A DNA stretch of 63,242 bases, filler included, from Octopus bimaculoides (lineage: Eukaryota): the NCBI RefSeq assembly GCF_001194135.2. It is 6 parts of 6 records of this genome, joined end to end, with 100 filler letters (N's around TTAATTAATTAA, not from the genome) between each part and the next. Parts side by side here need not be neighbours in the genome. Positions count along the whole stretch, not along the records: positions 52,677 to 56,403 come from NC_068986.1; positions 56,504 to 58,654 come from NW_026378581.1; positions 58,755 to 61,395 come from NW_026348505.1; positions 61,496 to 63,242 come from NW_026299932.1; 2 more parts are not named here. One strand, 5' to 3'. Positions within the stretch are counted from its first letter, which is position 1. Each line of letters opens with the position of its first letter. Shown here one piece after another: positions 52,846 through 63,183 of the stretch. The position numbers were made by a program, and so were the translations under genes. A model generated the notes under the pieces. That model ran no database searches. It saw only the letters and a program-made list of their open reading frames with translations, and was not told where the DNA came from.

Positions 52846-53275
52846 TGCACGAGGGGTAAATATCGGAGTTGATCAGCGTTTGACAGTCGTCTGCACTTTT
52901 ACTTAAATATCGAGAAAAATTTCGTAAAACAAAAGCAGCAAGATGGCTGCTATCATTGTTTTGTTGTTTGTTGTTGTTGCTGTTGGTGGTGATGGCGGCG
53001 GTGGTCTTGGTGGTGGTGGTAGCATCGCTGGTGGTGGAGGTACGTGTAATTGTGTCTTGTCACTGTGAGATCAAATGTCGATACTCGGAGTTCGATGCAA
53101 TGATTGACTGTAAACTGATGAGTCATCGTTTTCAAATTTGTCACCCAAAACACACACAACATTCCTTCTAAATACAAACAACCTAAATACAAACAAATTC
53201 ACACACACACACACACACTCATTAAAAACAAACATATGCATAATCTCGCACTGTCTGAAACACAGTCCTATATTG

Positions 53276-53664
53276 GGCATGGTTCTAGGTTCGGTCCTAC
53301 TGCGTGGCACCTTCAATGTGTATCTTCTAAGATAACCTCTGGCCAACCAAAGCCTTATGAGCGGATTTGGTAGATGGAAACTGAAAGAAGCCCGTCGGAT
53401 GTATATATATATATATATATATATATNNNNNNNNNNNNNNNNNNNNNNNNNNNNNNNNNNNNNNNNNNNNNNNNNNNNNNNNNNNNNNNNNNNNNNNNNN
53501 NNNNNNNNNNNNNNNNNNNNNNNNNNNNNNNNNNNNNNNNNNNNNNNNNNNNNNNNNNNNNNNNNNNNNNNNNNNNNNNNNNNNNNNNNNNNNNNNNNNN
53601 NNNNNNNNNNNNNNNNNNNNNNNNNNNNNNNNNNNNNNNNNNNNNNNNNNNNNNNNNNNNNNNN

Positions 53665-53696
<32 letters not shown>

Positions 53697-53755
53697 TCCT
53701 ATCACCACCACCACTACCACTTGTCAACTGGTGCTGGTGTGTTTACGTCTCCGTT
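53276..53755 (+). mobile_element. SINE family A spanning an N-gap at its internal microsatellite
   Basis: catggttctaggttcggtcctactgcgtggcacc...gatttggtagatggaaactgaaagaagcccgtcg-(TA)n-gap-(TG)n-cttgtcaactggtgctggtgtgtttacgtctccg. Confidence 0.8.
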
Positions 53756-53936
53756 TTCTTGAAAACTACAACGGAAGAGTCACGGTTGGGTTGCCTCCGA
53801 CCATTGTCATGCTCGATCTGGTTGATTTAGTACTAAACAATAACGCATGCGCAGACATACATAATCAGGCTTACATAAACACCTTACACCCCTACACACA
53901 CACGCAATTGTGCACGGAAAATTTATGAACACACTA

Positions 53937-53988
<52 letters not shown>

Positions 53989-54057
53989 TAGATACGCGCA
54001 AATATTCACTGTCGTATATGTCATGCATATTGATTGCCCACAAAAATATTGAGGCTC

Positions 54058-54104
<47 letters not shown>

Positions 54105-54367
54105 TACGCACATATATGTATGTGTATGCGTGTGTGTGCGTGCGCGTGCGCGTTGTGTGTGTATATTGTGTGTACACAGTGCTAACATCAAAAGATATTT
54201 ACATGCTTATACACACACACTCGCATCAATACACATTGACATACACACCAACACACACCAACACACACACACACACACACAAATATCTGTGTAAACACAC
54301 TCATTCATTTACGCTCGTATATTTGCATATGCGTGTATTTGTACATTTGTGTATATTCATGCGCGTA

Positions 54368-54407
<40 letters not shown>

Positions 54408-54914
54408 TGTGTTTGTGTGTGTGTGTTTGTGTGTGTGCGTGTGCGTGTGCGTGTGCGTATGCGTGTGTATGTGCATGCGTGTGTGTGTGTGACATGTTTG
54501 CAGCACTTCATTAGTGAGACTTTTACAGCCGCAAGACTTCCATTCTCGTTTGACCTTTTCAAAACGGTTCTTCAAGGCTCTTACAACTTTCAGCGCTTTT
54601 TAATTCTCTTCCCGAAGACTTCAAGAATCTTTTCACAATATTTCTTTCAAATGTCAACCTTGTGATCTCTTGGTATTTTTCTTTAGAATCATTAATTCAG
54701 TCAAACTAACCTTCACTTTTGGTTCGTAAGACTTCCAGCATAGCACAATTGAGGAATTGACCTCTCCATTCCGACTGGAATCCCTCAAAGACATAATCTT
54801 CACACTGATTAGAACTTATTCCCTCCTCGTCCATGAATCTTCTTTTCACATCCACTTCTATGAAATGTAGATAAACAAGAACCTTAGCCCTGTTCTAAAT
54901 TCATATTGGTTTCA

Positions 54915-55560
54915 AATTTTCGCACAAGGCCAGCAATTTCGAGAACGGGGCTAAGTCACTTGTATCGACCCCCTGGTACTTATTTATAACTGGTACTTAT
55001 TTATAACTGGTACTTATTTATAACTGGTACTTATTTATAACTGGTACTTATTGTATCNNNNNNNNNNTGTATCGACGTTGAAAGGATGAAAAGTAAAGTC
55101 GAACTCGATGGAATTTGAACTCAGAAAGAATTTTGTCCAGCGTACAAATGAATCTCTTAGCTTACCCACTTCTGCTTTAAATCAGTATTGATTTCAAATT
55201 CTGGTACATGGTTTACATCGACCCCATGGAATTTACTACGTCGACCCCGAAAGAGTGAAAGGCAATGTGGACCTTGGCAGAATTTGAACTCAGAATGTAA
55301 AAACGGACGAAATGCGCTAAACATCTTGTTCGGTGTGCTTACACTTCTGACAGCTGGCCGTCTTCTTTACTGAATTAATATTCTTTTCTCCTCTAGGCAC
55401 AAGGCCCGAAATTTTGGGGGAGGGGTATAGTCGATTAGATCGACCCCAGTACGCAACTGGTACTGAATTTATAAACCCCCGAAAGGATGAAAAGCAAAGT
55501 CGATATCGGCGGAATTTGAACTCAGAACGTAAAGACAGACGAAATACCGCAAAGCATTTC
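54915..55560 (-). mobile_element. Cluster of three family F copies in tandem
   Basis: Reverse complements of aaattccgccgaggtcgactttgcctttcatcc at about 55080-55120, 55240-55290 and 55475-55525; the first contains a 17-bp tandem array. Confidence 0.75.
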
Positions 55561-56129
55561 GTCAAATATCTCTCAAATTACATGTTACCATCTTCATGTC
55601 AAAACGATTTATTTCAGCTTAAGGTTGTACTTTGCTGATAAGCAAAAGTAAAACATGTCCCGAGTTGTATTTCTCATTAGTGTTAAATATGTTTATAATA
55701 TATCTCTTTTTATACAAATAATTTTTTTTGTGGTTACCATGCTTTTGCCGGTTCCATACGCATTTGTTTGAGGAGCCTGTATGCAGTCAATAAACGCGGT
55801 AGAAATAGCAATGGAAACACTCTCAAATTATACCCTACCGTCTTCAAAAATCGGAAGATATATTAAATTTAGTCGCAGATACAGTCTCTGTGATAAGATA
55901 GGAACGGTCACGACCAGAGCGTCTTTGACCCTAGTTCAATTTGGTCAAATATGAATTGGGTTGAACAACAACAAAATCAACTTCGGGCAGAATCTACATT
56001 TCAATTGTTGCTGTAGTTTAGCCCTAGGACTATTCCTGATGAGCAGATCTATAATATATGTTGTTCCAACCGTGGCCATTGTTTTCTATTTTCTCTATTT
56101 CATTCGTTTTTAATGAGAGACTACGCTAA

Positions 56130-56403
56130 GGAGGCGCAATGGCCCAGTGGTTAGGGCAGCGGACTCGCGGTCATAGGACCGCGGTTTCGATTCCCAGACC
56201 GGGCGTTGTGAGTGTTTATTGAGGGAAAACACCTAAAAGCTCCACGAGGCCTCTGGCAAGGGATGGTGGCAAACCCTGCTGTACTCTTTCACCACAACTT
56301 TCTCTCACTCTTACTTCCTGTTTCTGTTGTGCCTGTAATTCAAAGGGTCTGCCTTGTCACACTGTGTCATGCTGAATATCCCCGAGAACTACGTTAAGGG
56401 TAC
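56130..56403 (+). mobile_element. tRNA-derived SINE family B with complete head
   Basis: ggaggcgcaatggcccagtggttagggcagcggactcgcggtcataggaccgcggtttcgattccc (A and B boxes); colinear with 15320-15545; truncated by a gap. Confidence 0.88.
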
Positions 56404-56855
56404 NNNNNNNNNNNNNNNNNNNNNNNNNNNNNNNNNNNNNNNNNNNNTTAATTAATTAANNNNNNNNNNNNNNNNNNNNNNNNNNNNNNNNNNNNNNNNN
56501 NNNTTTTTCATTTATCAGCAAAAACAATGCTAGCTATAAGAGAAAATAGAGGTTTATCATTTGTACTTTAACCTTGCATTTCAATATTTTAGGGTTAGGA
56601 CCACTTCTTCAGTAATTCTTCAGAGAAATGGTGTTGTGTGCTGACTTCTTTGTTTTGTTCTACAGAGCACCATTTCTCGCTATTTCTACACCAGTTCTCC
56701 AAAGATTTCCTCATGAAGAAGTCCTAAGCTTGAAATTGCATTGTTTTGAGTTTATGAAAAAAAAACAACTAATAATTAAAAACCTATATATCACACAGTG
56801 CTTCATGCAAACTACGCTATTCTAACATATATGTCTGTATACATATGTGTGTGTG

Positions 56856-56887
<32 letters not shown>

Positions 56888-57211
56888 NNNNNNNNNNNNN
56901 NNNNNNNNATGTATGTATGTATGTATGTATGTATGTATATATAGAAAGATATATATATAATTTATAGGAAAAATCCGGGTGAATAATTACAAGCTAGCTA
57001 AATGTTGCTTAAGTGTTCTAGAATTTAATTCCGGGATAGCAAGTCATATTTGGTAGAAAATAGAAAATTGAATAAGGAGATGAACTCTCGGGATGTTGTT
57101 TCCTTATTCAATTTTCATATATGTATNNNNNNNNNNNNNNNNNNNNNNNNNNNNNNNNNNNNNNNNNNNNNNNNNNNNNNNNNNNNNNNNNNNNNNNNNN
57201 NNNNNNNNNNN

Positions 57212-57320
57212 CAAAATAATGGAAACACTTTAAAATTTCAAACAAATTTACTTTAATATGGGGTAGGAACGCTTTTGGCAGTAATTACAGCTTGAATTCT
57301 ATGAGGTATGGACTCGTACA
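57212..57320 (-). mobile_element. Right end of a second copy of the 13700-14599 Tc1-like family
   Basis: Reverse complement tgtacgagtccatacctcatagaatt...cctaccccatattaaagtaaatttgtttgaaattttaaagtgtttccatt matches 14497-14599; the remainder probably lies in the 903-N gap. Confidence 0.85.
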
Positions 57321-58476
57321 NNNNNNNNNNNNNNNNNNNNNNNNNNNNNNNNNNNNNNNNNNNNNNNNNNNNNNNNNNNNNNNNNNNNNNNNNNNNNNNN
57401 NNNNNNNNNNNNNNNNNNNNNNNNNNNNNNNNNNNNNNNNNNNNNNNNNNNNNNNNNNNNNNNNNNNNNNNNNNNNNNNNNNNNNNNNNNNNNNNNNNNN
57501 NNNNNNNNNNNNNNNNNNNNNNNNNNNNNNNNNNNNNNNNNNNNNNNNNNNNNNNNNNNNNNNNNNNNNNNNNNNNNNNNNNNNNNNNNNNNNNNNNNNN
57601 NNNNNNNNNNNNNNNNNNNNNNNNNNNNNNNNNNNNNNNNNNNNNNNNNNNNNNNNNNNNNNNNNNNNNNNNNNNNNNNNNNNNNNNNNNNNNNNNNNNN
57701 NNNNNNNNNNNNNNNNNNNNNNNNNNNNNNNNNNNNNNNNNNNNNNNNNNNNNNNNNNNNNNNNNNNNNNNNNNNNNNNNNNNNNNNNNNNNNNNNNNNN
57801 NNNNNNNNNNNNNNNNNNNNNNNNNNNNNNNNNNNNNNNNNNNNNNNNNNNNNNNNNNNNNNNNNNNNNNNNNNNNNNNNNNNNNNNNNNNNNNNNNNNN
57901 NNNNNNNNNNNNNNNNNNNNNNNNNNNNNNNNNNNNNNNNNNNNNNNNNNNNNNNNNNNNNNNNNNNNNNNNNNNNNNNNNNNNNNNNNNNNNNNNNNNN
58001 NNNNNNNNNNNNNNNNNNNNNNNNNNNNNNNNNNNNNNNNNNNNNNNNNNNNNNNNNNNNNNNNNNNNNNNNNNNNNNNNNNNNNNNNNNNNNNNNNNNN
58101 NNNNNNNNNNNNNNNNNNNNNNNNNNNNNNNNNNNNNNNNNNNNNNNNNNNNNNNNNNNNNNNNNNNNNNNNNNNNNNNNNNNNNNNNNNNNNNNNNNNN
58201 NNNNNNNNNNNNNNNNNNNNNNNTTGAAAGTCTAATAGATCTGTCATTTAATGAATTTTAATGACCTTTTTCTGATGATATCTGAAAAGAAACAATTTTA
58301 ACAACACGTTAAGCATATCTAATAATAAATCAAAACATAAAAACAAACATGCTTTTGATAGTTTTACNNNNNNNNNNNNNNNNNNNNNNNNNNNNNNNNN
58401 NNNNNNNNNNNNNNNNNNNNNNNNNNNNNNNNNNNNNNNNNNNNNNNNNNNNNNNNNNNNNNNNNNNNNNNNNNNN

Positions 58477-58521
<45 letters not shown>

Positions 58522-58585
58522 TAAAATCCAGAAAATGGAGAAGTAGCAATAACTTAATTTATTAACTGCAAAAATTCAACATGTT

Positions 58586-58654
58586 CTCTTACAGCTGTTT
58601 CGACTTTGCCCAAAAGAATTAAATTCCAGTAATTAAAACATTTTATTGGGCAAA
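58586..58654 (-). ncRNA. 3' half of a Penelope-type hammerhead ribozyme; CUGANGA half would lie in the adjacent gap
   Basis: Minus strand: [gap]-tttgcccaa-loop-ttgggcaaa-gtc-GAAA-cagctg-TA-agag; perfect palindromic stem III and a 9-bp stem II. Confidence 0.55.
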
Positions 58655-58754
58655 NNNNNNNNNNNNNNNNNNNNNNNNNNNNNNNNNNNNNNNNNNNNTT
58701 AATTAATTAANNNNNNNNNNNNNNNNNNNNNNNNNNNNNNNNNNNNNNNNNNNN

Positions 58755-59850
58755 GCAATGCAGTTAATCAAAGTATGCACCTAAATTATCAACACAATTT
58801 TGCCTTTTTACTGGTAGCTCATTTATGCTGGCACCAAAGAAATCTGGAGAGCAAGAGGTGATGAAATCACAAAAGGATGCTTTTGCATCTTATTCAGATT
58901 TCAAGGTTTTTCCTTGCAAAATGTTGTCTAGAACCTGGAATATGTGATAGTCAGTTGGTGCAAAGTCTGGTGAATATGGTAGATGACAGAGTACTTCCAA
59001 GTTCAATTCCTGTAACTCGAGTAGTTTTCTTTGTGCAACATGTGGTCAAGCATTTTCTTGCAAGGGAATTGGCCTGTCTCTGTTGACCAATCTCAGTTGT
59101 TTAATTCCAAGTTCACCCATCATTTCATCCACTTGGTTGATGTATACATCCACTGTAATGGACTCATGAAGCTGTAGTGGATGACACCAACACTGGACCA
59201 CCAAACAGATGCCATTACCTATTTTTGGTGAATATTTCTTTCTGGGGTTGTGTTTTGGAACTTCTTCTCTATCCAAACACCATGCAAAACATTGTTGAAA
59301 AGAATCCATTTTTCTTGACACGTAACAATACGATGGAAAAATGGTTCACTTTTATGCCGTGAACAGCAAAGAACAGCAAGTTTCAAGACGACATGTCATT
59401 TGATGCTCGTTCAGTTCATGTGACACCCACTTGTCCAGCTTCTTTATCTTTGCTGATTTATTTCAGATGAACCAATGCAGTTGGAATTGAAACATCAAAC
59501 CTTGCAGTTAACACACTCGTAGTTTGAGCTGTATCCATTTTCACTAGTTTCCAGCTCATCCTTATCCACCTTGGTCTCGGGTCTACCATGGGGCTGATTT
59601 TCAAGAGTAAAGTCACCAGACCGGAACTTCTCAAACATACAGTGCACTCATTCGCCACTTCTTCACCAAACACCTCATTGATGTTTCAAGCTGTCTGAGA
59701 TAAATTGGTTCCATGACAGAACTCATATTCATAAACAACATAAATCTTTGGTCTATCCATGGGTTCACACAAATTGATTTACAAGAGAAAACTCACAACA
59801 TAACCAGACACCATGAATTGCATTTCGAAAGGTGGTGATGTAACTCTTCA
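58755..59850 (-). mobile_element. Mariner (cecropia/Hsmar1-like) with decayed transposase (ATG at 59760, stop about 58764)
   Basis: MDRPKIYVVYEYEF...NINEVFGEEVANECTV, WVSHEL, RIVTCQEKWI, LQENA*PH, HLPYSPDFAPTDYHIF, GAYFD*; TIRs not visible. Confidence 0.9.
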
Positions 59851-59858
59851 TAACTACC

Positions 59859-59940
59859 AGTGCCATGGCTGAGTGGTTAAGGTAATTGGCTGCTAATCCA
59901 TTGGGGTCTCCGCCCATGAGTTCAAGTCTCATCCTTGTCA
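59859..59940 (+). pseudogene. tRNA-Ser(GCT)-like pseudogene or SINE head
   Basis: tggctgagtggttaagg (D arm), ctgctaatcca (GCT anticodon loop), long variable arm ggggtctccgccc, gagttcaagtctc (T arm), 3' ccttgtca; acceptor stem does not pair and anticodon stem is damaged. Confidence 0.75.
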
Positions 59941-59974
59941 ATTACATTTTGCATCAGGGAGGCAGTGATAAGTG

Positions 59975-60255
59975 ACTGACACCTTTGGCAATATACCATG
60001 CTTGAGAAGACCTATCAAGCCAAGTGAGATCATAGTTGTGGCCAATGGCAGTGTGTCATAAGTGGCACCTGTACTGGTGGCACATAAAAAGCACCCACTA
60101 CACTCTTGGACTGGTCGGCGCTAGGAAGGGCGTCCAGCTGTAGGAACCATGTCAGATCAGATTGGAACCTGATGCAGCTCCCCAGCTTACCAGTTTTCAG
60201 TCAAACCGTCCAACCCATGCCAGCATGGAAAACAGGCATTAAATGATGAGGATAA
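59975..60255 (+). mobile_element. LINE 3'-UTR-like repeat directly downstream of the tRNA-Ser-like head
   Basis: ggtggcacataaaaagcacccactacactc...taggaagggcgtccagctgtag...gtccaacccatgccagcatggaaaac...ttaaatgatgaggat ends in a degenerate (GAT)n tail. RTE origin recalled, not verified. Confidence 0.55.
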
Positions 60256-60330
60256 TATTTATGTACTACCCCGCTCTTTCTTGACGTTTAGGATTTTCAG
60301 CTCTACCATTAATTTTATATAAATATATGC

Positions 60331-60365
<35 letters not shown>

Positions 60366-60383
60366 TTTGTTTTCTATTCTTAG

Positions 60384-60652
60384 CCACAGTATTTGGTGAA
60401 GGTGTTTATTTTGCCAAAGACATCCGTTATTCTGCACGTGATACCTATTCTACTCCTGACCATTACGGAATAAAGAAAATATACAAATGCAGTGTTCTTG
60501 TGGGAAAAGTGATGCAAGGACAACATGGATTAAAAGTTTTACAGGATTCTTACAATTCTGCTGTTGATAATATTCAAAGACCCAGTATTTATGTTATTTT
60601 TCATGACTCTCAAGCATATCCTAATTACTTGATTACATTCTCTAATTATTGA
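60384..60652 (+). CDS. Terminal coding exon of a mono-ADP-ribosyltransferase PARP (PARP10/12/14/15-like catalytic domain, C-terminal half)
   Basis: Acceptor tcttttgttttctattcttAG, phase 1, open 88-codon frame to TGA: (A)TVFGEGVYFAKDIRYSARDTYSTPDHYGIKKIYKCSVLVGKVMQGQHGLKVLQDSYNSAVDNIQRPSIYVIFHDSQAYPNYLITFSNY*. Has FG.GVYFA, YS...YS, V.VG, DN...PSI.VIF, QAYP.YLI.F. No stops or frameshifts, unlike all neighbouring TE frames. Confidence 0.93.
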
Positions 60653-60692
60653 ATATAATTGGAATTCATAAAATACATATGATGTAAACAGA

Positions 60693-60698
60693 AATAAA
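60693..60698 (+). terminator. Candidate polyadenylation signal of the PARP gene (alternative at 60799-60804)
   Basis: AATAAA 41 nt after the stop codon. Confidence 0.4.
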
Positions 60699-60905
60699 TT
60701 TAACAAAGGAAAGACAAAGGAAAAACAAAACAAAAGAAAGACACAGAAAATACAGGAAATTCTCTAATTCTAGGTGCAATCCTATGGTCTTTTCTAAGAA
60801 TAAAACTATTCAAAACAATATTTTTCTATCATTCACACAATATTGTTGTCATTTTTTATCTTTTTTACTTGAGAAAGAATTATTGCTAAATATTAAAATA
60901 CATGA

Positions 60906-61185
60906 AGATGCATGGCTCAGTGGTTAAAGCATCGGGCTCACAATCATGAGGTAATGAGTTCAATTCCCAGGCCAGGCTGTGTGTTATTACATCACTGGTG
61001 CCAAGCTGTATTGGCCTTTGCCTTTCCCTTGGATAACATTGGTGGTGTGGAGAGAGGGGAGGCTGGTATGGATGGGTGACTGCTGGTCTTCCATAAACAA
61101 ACCTTACCTGGACTTGTGCCTTGGAGGAGAACTTTCTAGGTGCAATCCCATGGTCATTCATGACTGAAAGGGGTCTTTACCCTTT
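60906..61185 (+). mobile_element. tRNA-derived SINE family E
   Basis: A-box tggctcagtggttaaag, B-box gagttcaattccc; distinct body actgctggtcttccataaacaaccttacctggacttgtgccttggagg. Confidence 0.8.
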
Positions 61186-61204
61186 TGATATAAAATGCAG
61201 GCTG

Positions 61205-61395
61205 AAGGGGGCAAGCCAGCAGAACCATTAGCATGTTGGGCAAAATGCTTAGCAGCAATCCCTCTGGCTTTACGTTCTGAGTTCAAATTCCATCGAGGTT
61301 GACTTTGCCTTTCATCCTTTTGGGGCCTATAAAATAAGTACCAGTTGAACACTGGGGGTCAATATAATCAACTCACCCGCTCCCATGAAATTGCT
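61205..61395 (+). mobile_element. Repeat family F copy
   Basis: cagcagaaccattagcatgttgggcaaaatgcttagc...tacgttctgagttcaaattcc...actttgcctttcatcc...aagtaccagttgaacactgggggtcaa. Confidence 0.78.
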
Positions 61396-62002
61396 NNNNN
61401 NNNNNNNNNNNNNNNNNNNNNNNNNNNNNNNNNNNNNNNTTAATTAATTAANNNNNNNNNNNNNNNNNNNNNNNNNNNNNNNNNNNNNNNNNNNNGCGCG
61501 CGCGCGCTCACAAATACACTAACATATAAACACATATACACATTAATATTTTCTTCATATCTAACACGCACCCTCGTTTCTGTGATAACCTTTGTATTAT
61601 ATGTAGCAGCTGAAAAAATTTTCAGAATATTAAAAAGATATTAAAAGCCTTTAAGTTCTTTTTTCATAAGTTTTATTATTAAAGAACATCCAAGTGGAAA
61701 TAATTGTATTCATTTATATAACAAAATAAATAAATGAATGAAGTGACAGAGATAGAAATAGGAATAATAATCGCGTTGCTGATTTTTGCAGCTCATCAAT
61801 AGCTACCTCCTTCATCATAAACATTCATTATAATATTATAATAATGATATTAAATGAAAAAAATTTCCAGTAGAGCAGCTGAAAAGATTTGGGGAAATGA
61901 AAAGAAACAAATAAACTTAATATCAAGGCCATAGTTTAATGTTTAAATGTAATGAAGCCTTAGAGCCAAAGGAGAAAAAATGCTTTTAAAACATGAGAAA
62001 TG

Positions 62003-62055
<53 letters not shown>

Positions 62056-62059
<4 letters not shown>

Positions 62060-62299
62060 TACCACAGCACATACCCAAGGCGCACAGAGCTGCGCTCGAT
62101 AGTGAAGTGAAAGCACGTTATAAAAATAAAACTACTGAACAATAATAATAACAAGTAACTGTAGAATATGTGGAGATGGACAAGAAACAATAAATCATAT
62201 TATCTCTGGCTGCCCAGTCCTGGCTAAGAAGGAATATATTCACAGACACGACAGAGCTGGGACCTATATACACTGGAAGCTATGCCAACACTATGGAAT
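62056..62299 (+). mobile_element. Dong/R4-clade (RLE-type) LINE pieces inside (TAA)n: 84-bp terminal segment, then CCHC zinc-knuckle fragment
   Basis: NCRICGDGQETINHIISGCPVLAKKEYIHRHDRAGTYIHWKLCQHYG is the C.xC...ET..HI..GC..LA..EY..RHD motif preceding the RLE of R4/Dong elements; flanked by (TAA)n. Confidence 0.88.
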
Positions 62300-62694
62300 N
62301 NNNNNNNNNNNNNNNNNNNNNNNNNNNNNNNNNNNNNNNNNNNNNNNNNNNNNNNNNNNNNNNNNNNNNNNNNNNNNNNNNNNNNNNNNNNNNNNNNNNN
62401 NNNNNNNNNNNNNNNNNNNNNNNNNNNNNNNNNNNNNNNNNNNNNNNNNNNNNNNNNNNNNNNNNNNNNNNNNNNNNNNNNNNNNNNNNNNNNNNNNNNN
62501 NNNNNNNNNNNNNNNNNNNNNNNNNNNNNNNNNNNNNNNNNNNNNNNNNNNNNNNNNNNNNNNNNNNNNNNNNNNNNNNNNNNNNNNNNNNNNNNNNNNN
62601 NNNNNNNNNNNNNNNNNNNNNNNNNNNNNNNNNNNNNNNNNNNNNNNNNNNNNNNNNNNNNNNNNNNNNNNNNNNNNNNNNNNNNNNNNNNNNN

Positions 62695-62732
<38 letters not shown>

Positions 62733-62736
<4 letters not shown>

Positions 62737-62816
62737 TACCACAGCACATACCCAAGGCGCACAGAGCTGCGCTCGATAGTGAAGTGAAAGCACGTTATAA
62801 AAATAAAACTACTGAA
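62733..62816 (+). repeat. Identical second copy of the 84-bp segment at 62056-62139, between (TAA)n runs
   Basis: aaaataccacagcacatacccaagg...aaaactactgaa is identical in both places. Confidence 0.9.
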
Positions 62817-62820
62817 TAAT

Positions 62821-63183
62821 AATAATAATAATAATAATTTTTATGCGCCCTTTTAAAGCCTAGCCAGGCTCATGGGTCCAGTTTCCCGGGTTTTTTGGCG
62901 TATGTGTTCCCCCGCCTACCACCAGCTGGACGGGACGCCAGTCCATCGCAGCTTTGCTCAAGAAACAGGAAGAAAGAGTGAGAGAAAGTTGGGGCGAAAC
63001 AGGGGTCGCCACCGCCCCCTCCCGGAGCCTCGTGGAGCTTTAGGTGTTTNNNNNNNNNNCCGCCCCCTCCCGGAGCCTCGTGGAGCTTTAGGTGTTTTCG
63101 CTCAATAAACACACAACGCCCGGTCTGGGAATCGAAACCGCGATCCTCCGACCGCGAGTCCGCTGCCCTAACCACTGGGCCAT
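62821..63183 (-). mobile_element. tRNA-derived SINE with family-B head and family-C body, (ATT)n tail
   Basis: Minus strand atggcccagtggttagggcagcggactcgcgg...aaacacctaaagctccacgaggctccgg as at 56139, then ctgcgatggactggcgtcccgtcca as at 17772. Confidence 0.85.

Noticed and set aside
54510-54880. Minus-strand protein-like frames possibly from an L1/Tx1 C-terminus
   Set aside because: Resemblance too weak and fragmented to call by eye.
54973-55052. CRISPR-like array
   Set aside because: Repeats are contiguous with no spacers, and the context is eukaryotic with no cas genes.
56666-56825. Strong plus-strand acceptor (cttctttgttttgttctacAG); one frame gives HHFSLFLHQFSKDFLMKKS*, echoing DFLMK of the 18707 exon
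   Set aside because: A five-residue match with no nucleotide-level paralogy and no way to choose the frame; treated as coincidence unless RNA-seq supports it.
59859-59940. Functional tRNA-Ser gene
   Set aside because: Acceptor stem does not pair and the anticodon stem has a deletion and mismatch; the other tRNA-like heads in the window are SINE heads.
63010-63097. Direct duplication of ccgccccctcccggagcctcgtggagctttaggtgttt across a 10-N gap (similar at 37715-37830)
   Set aside because: Typical unmerged contig overlap.
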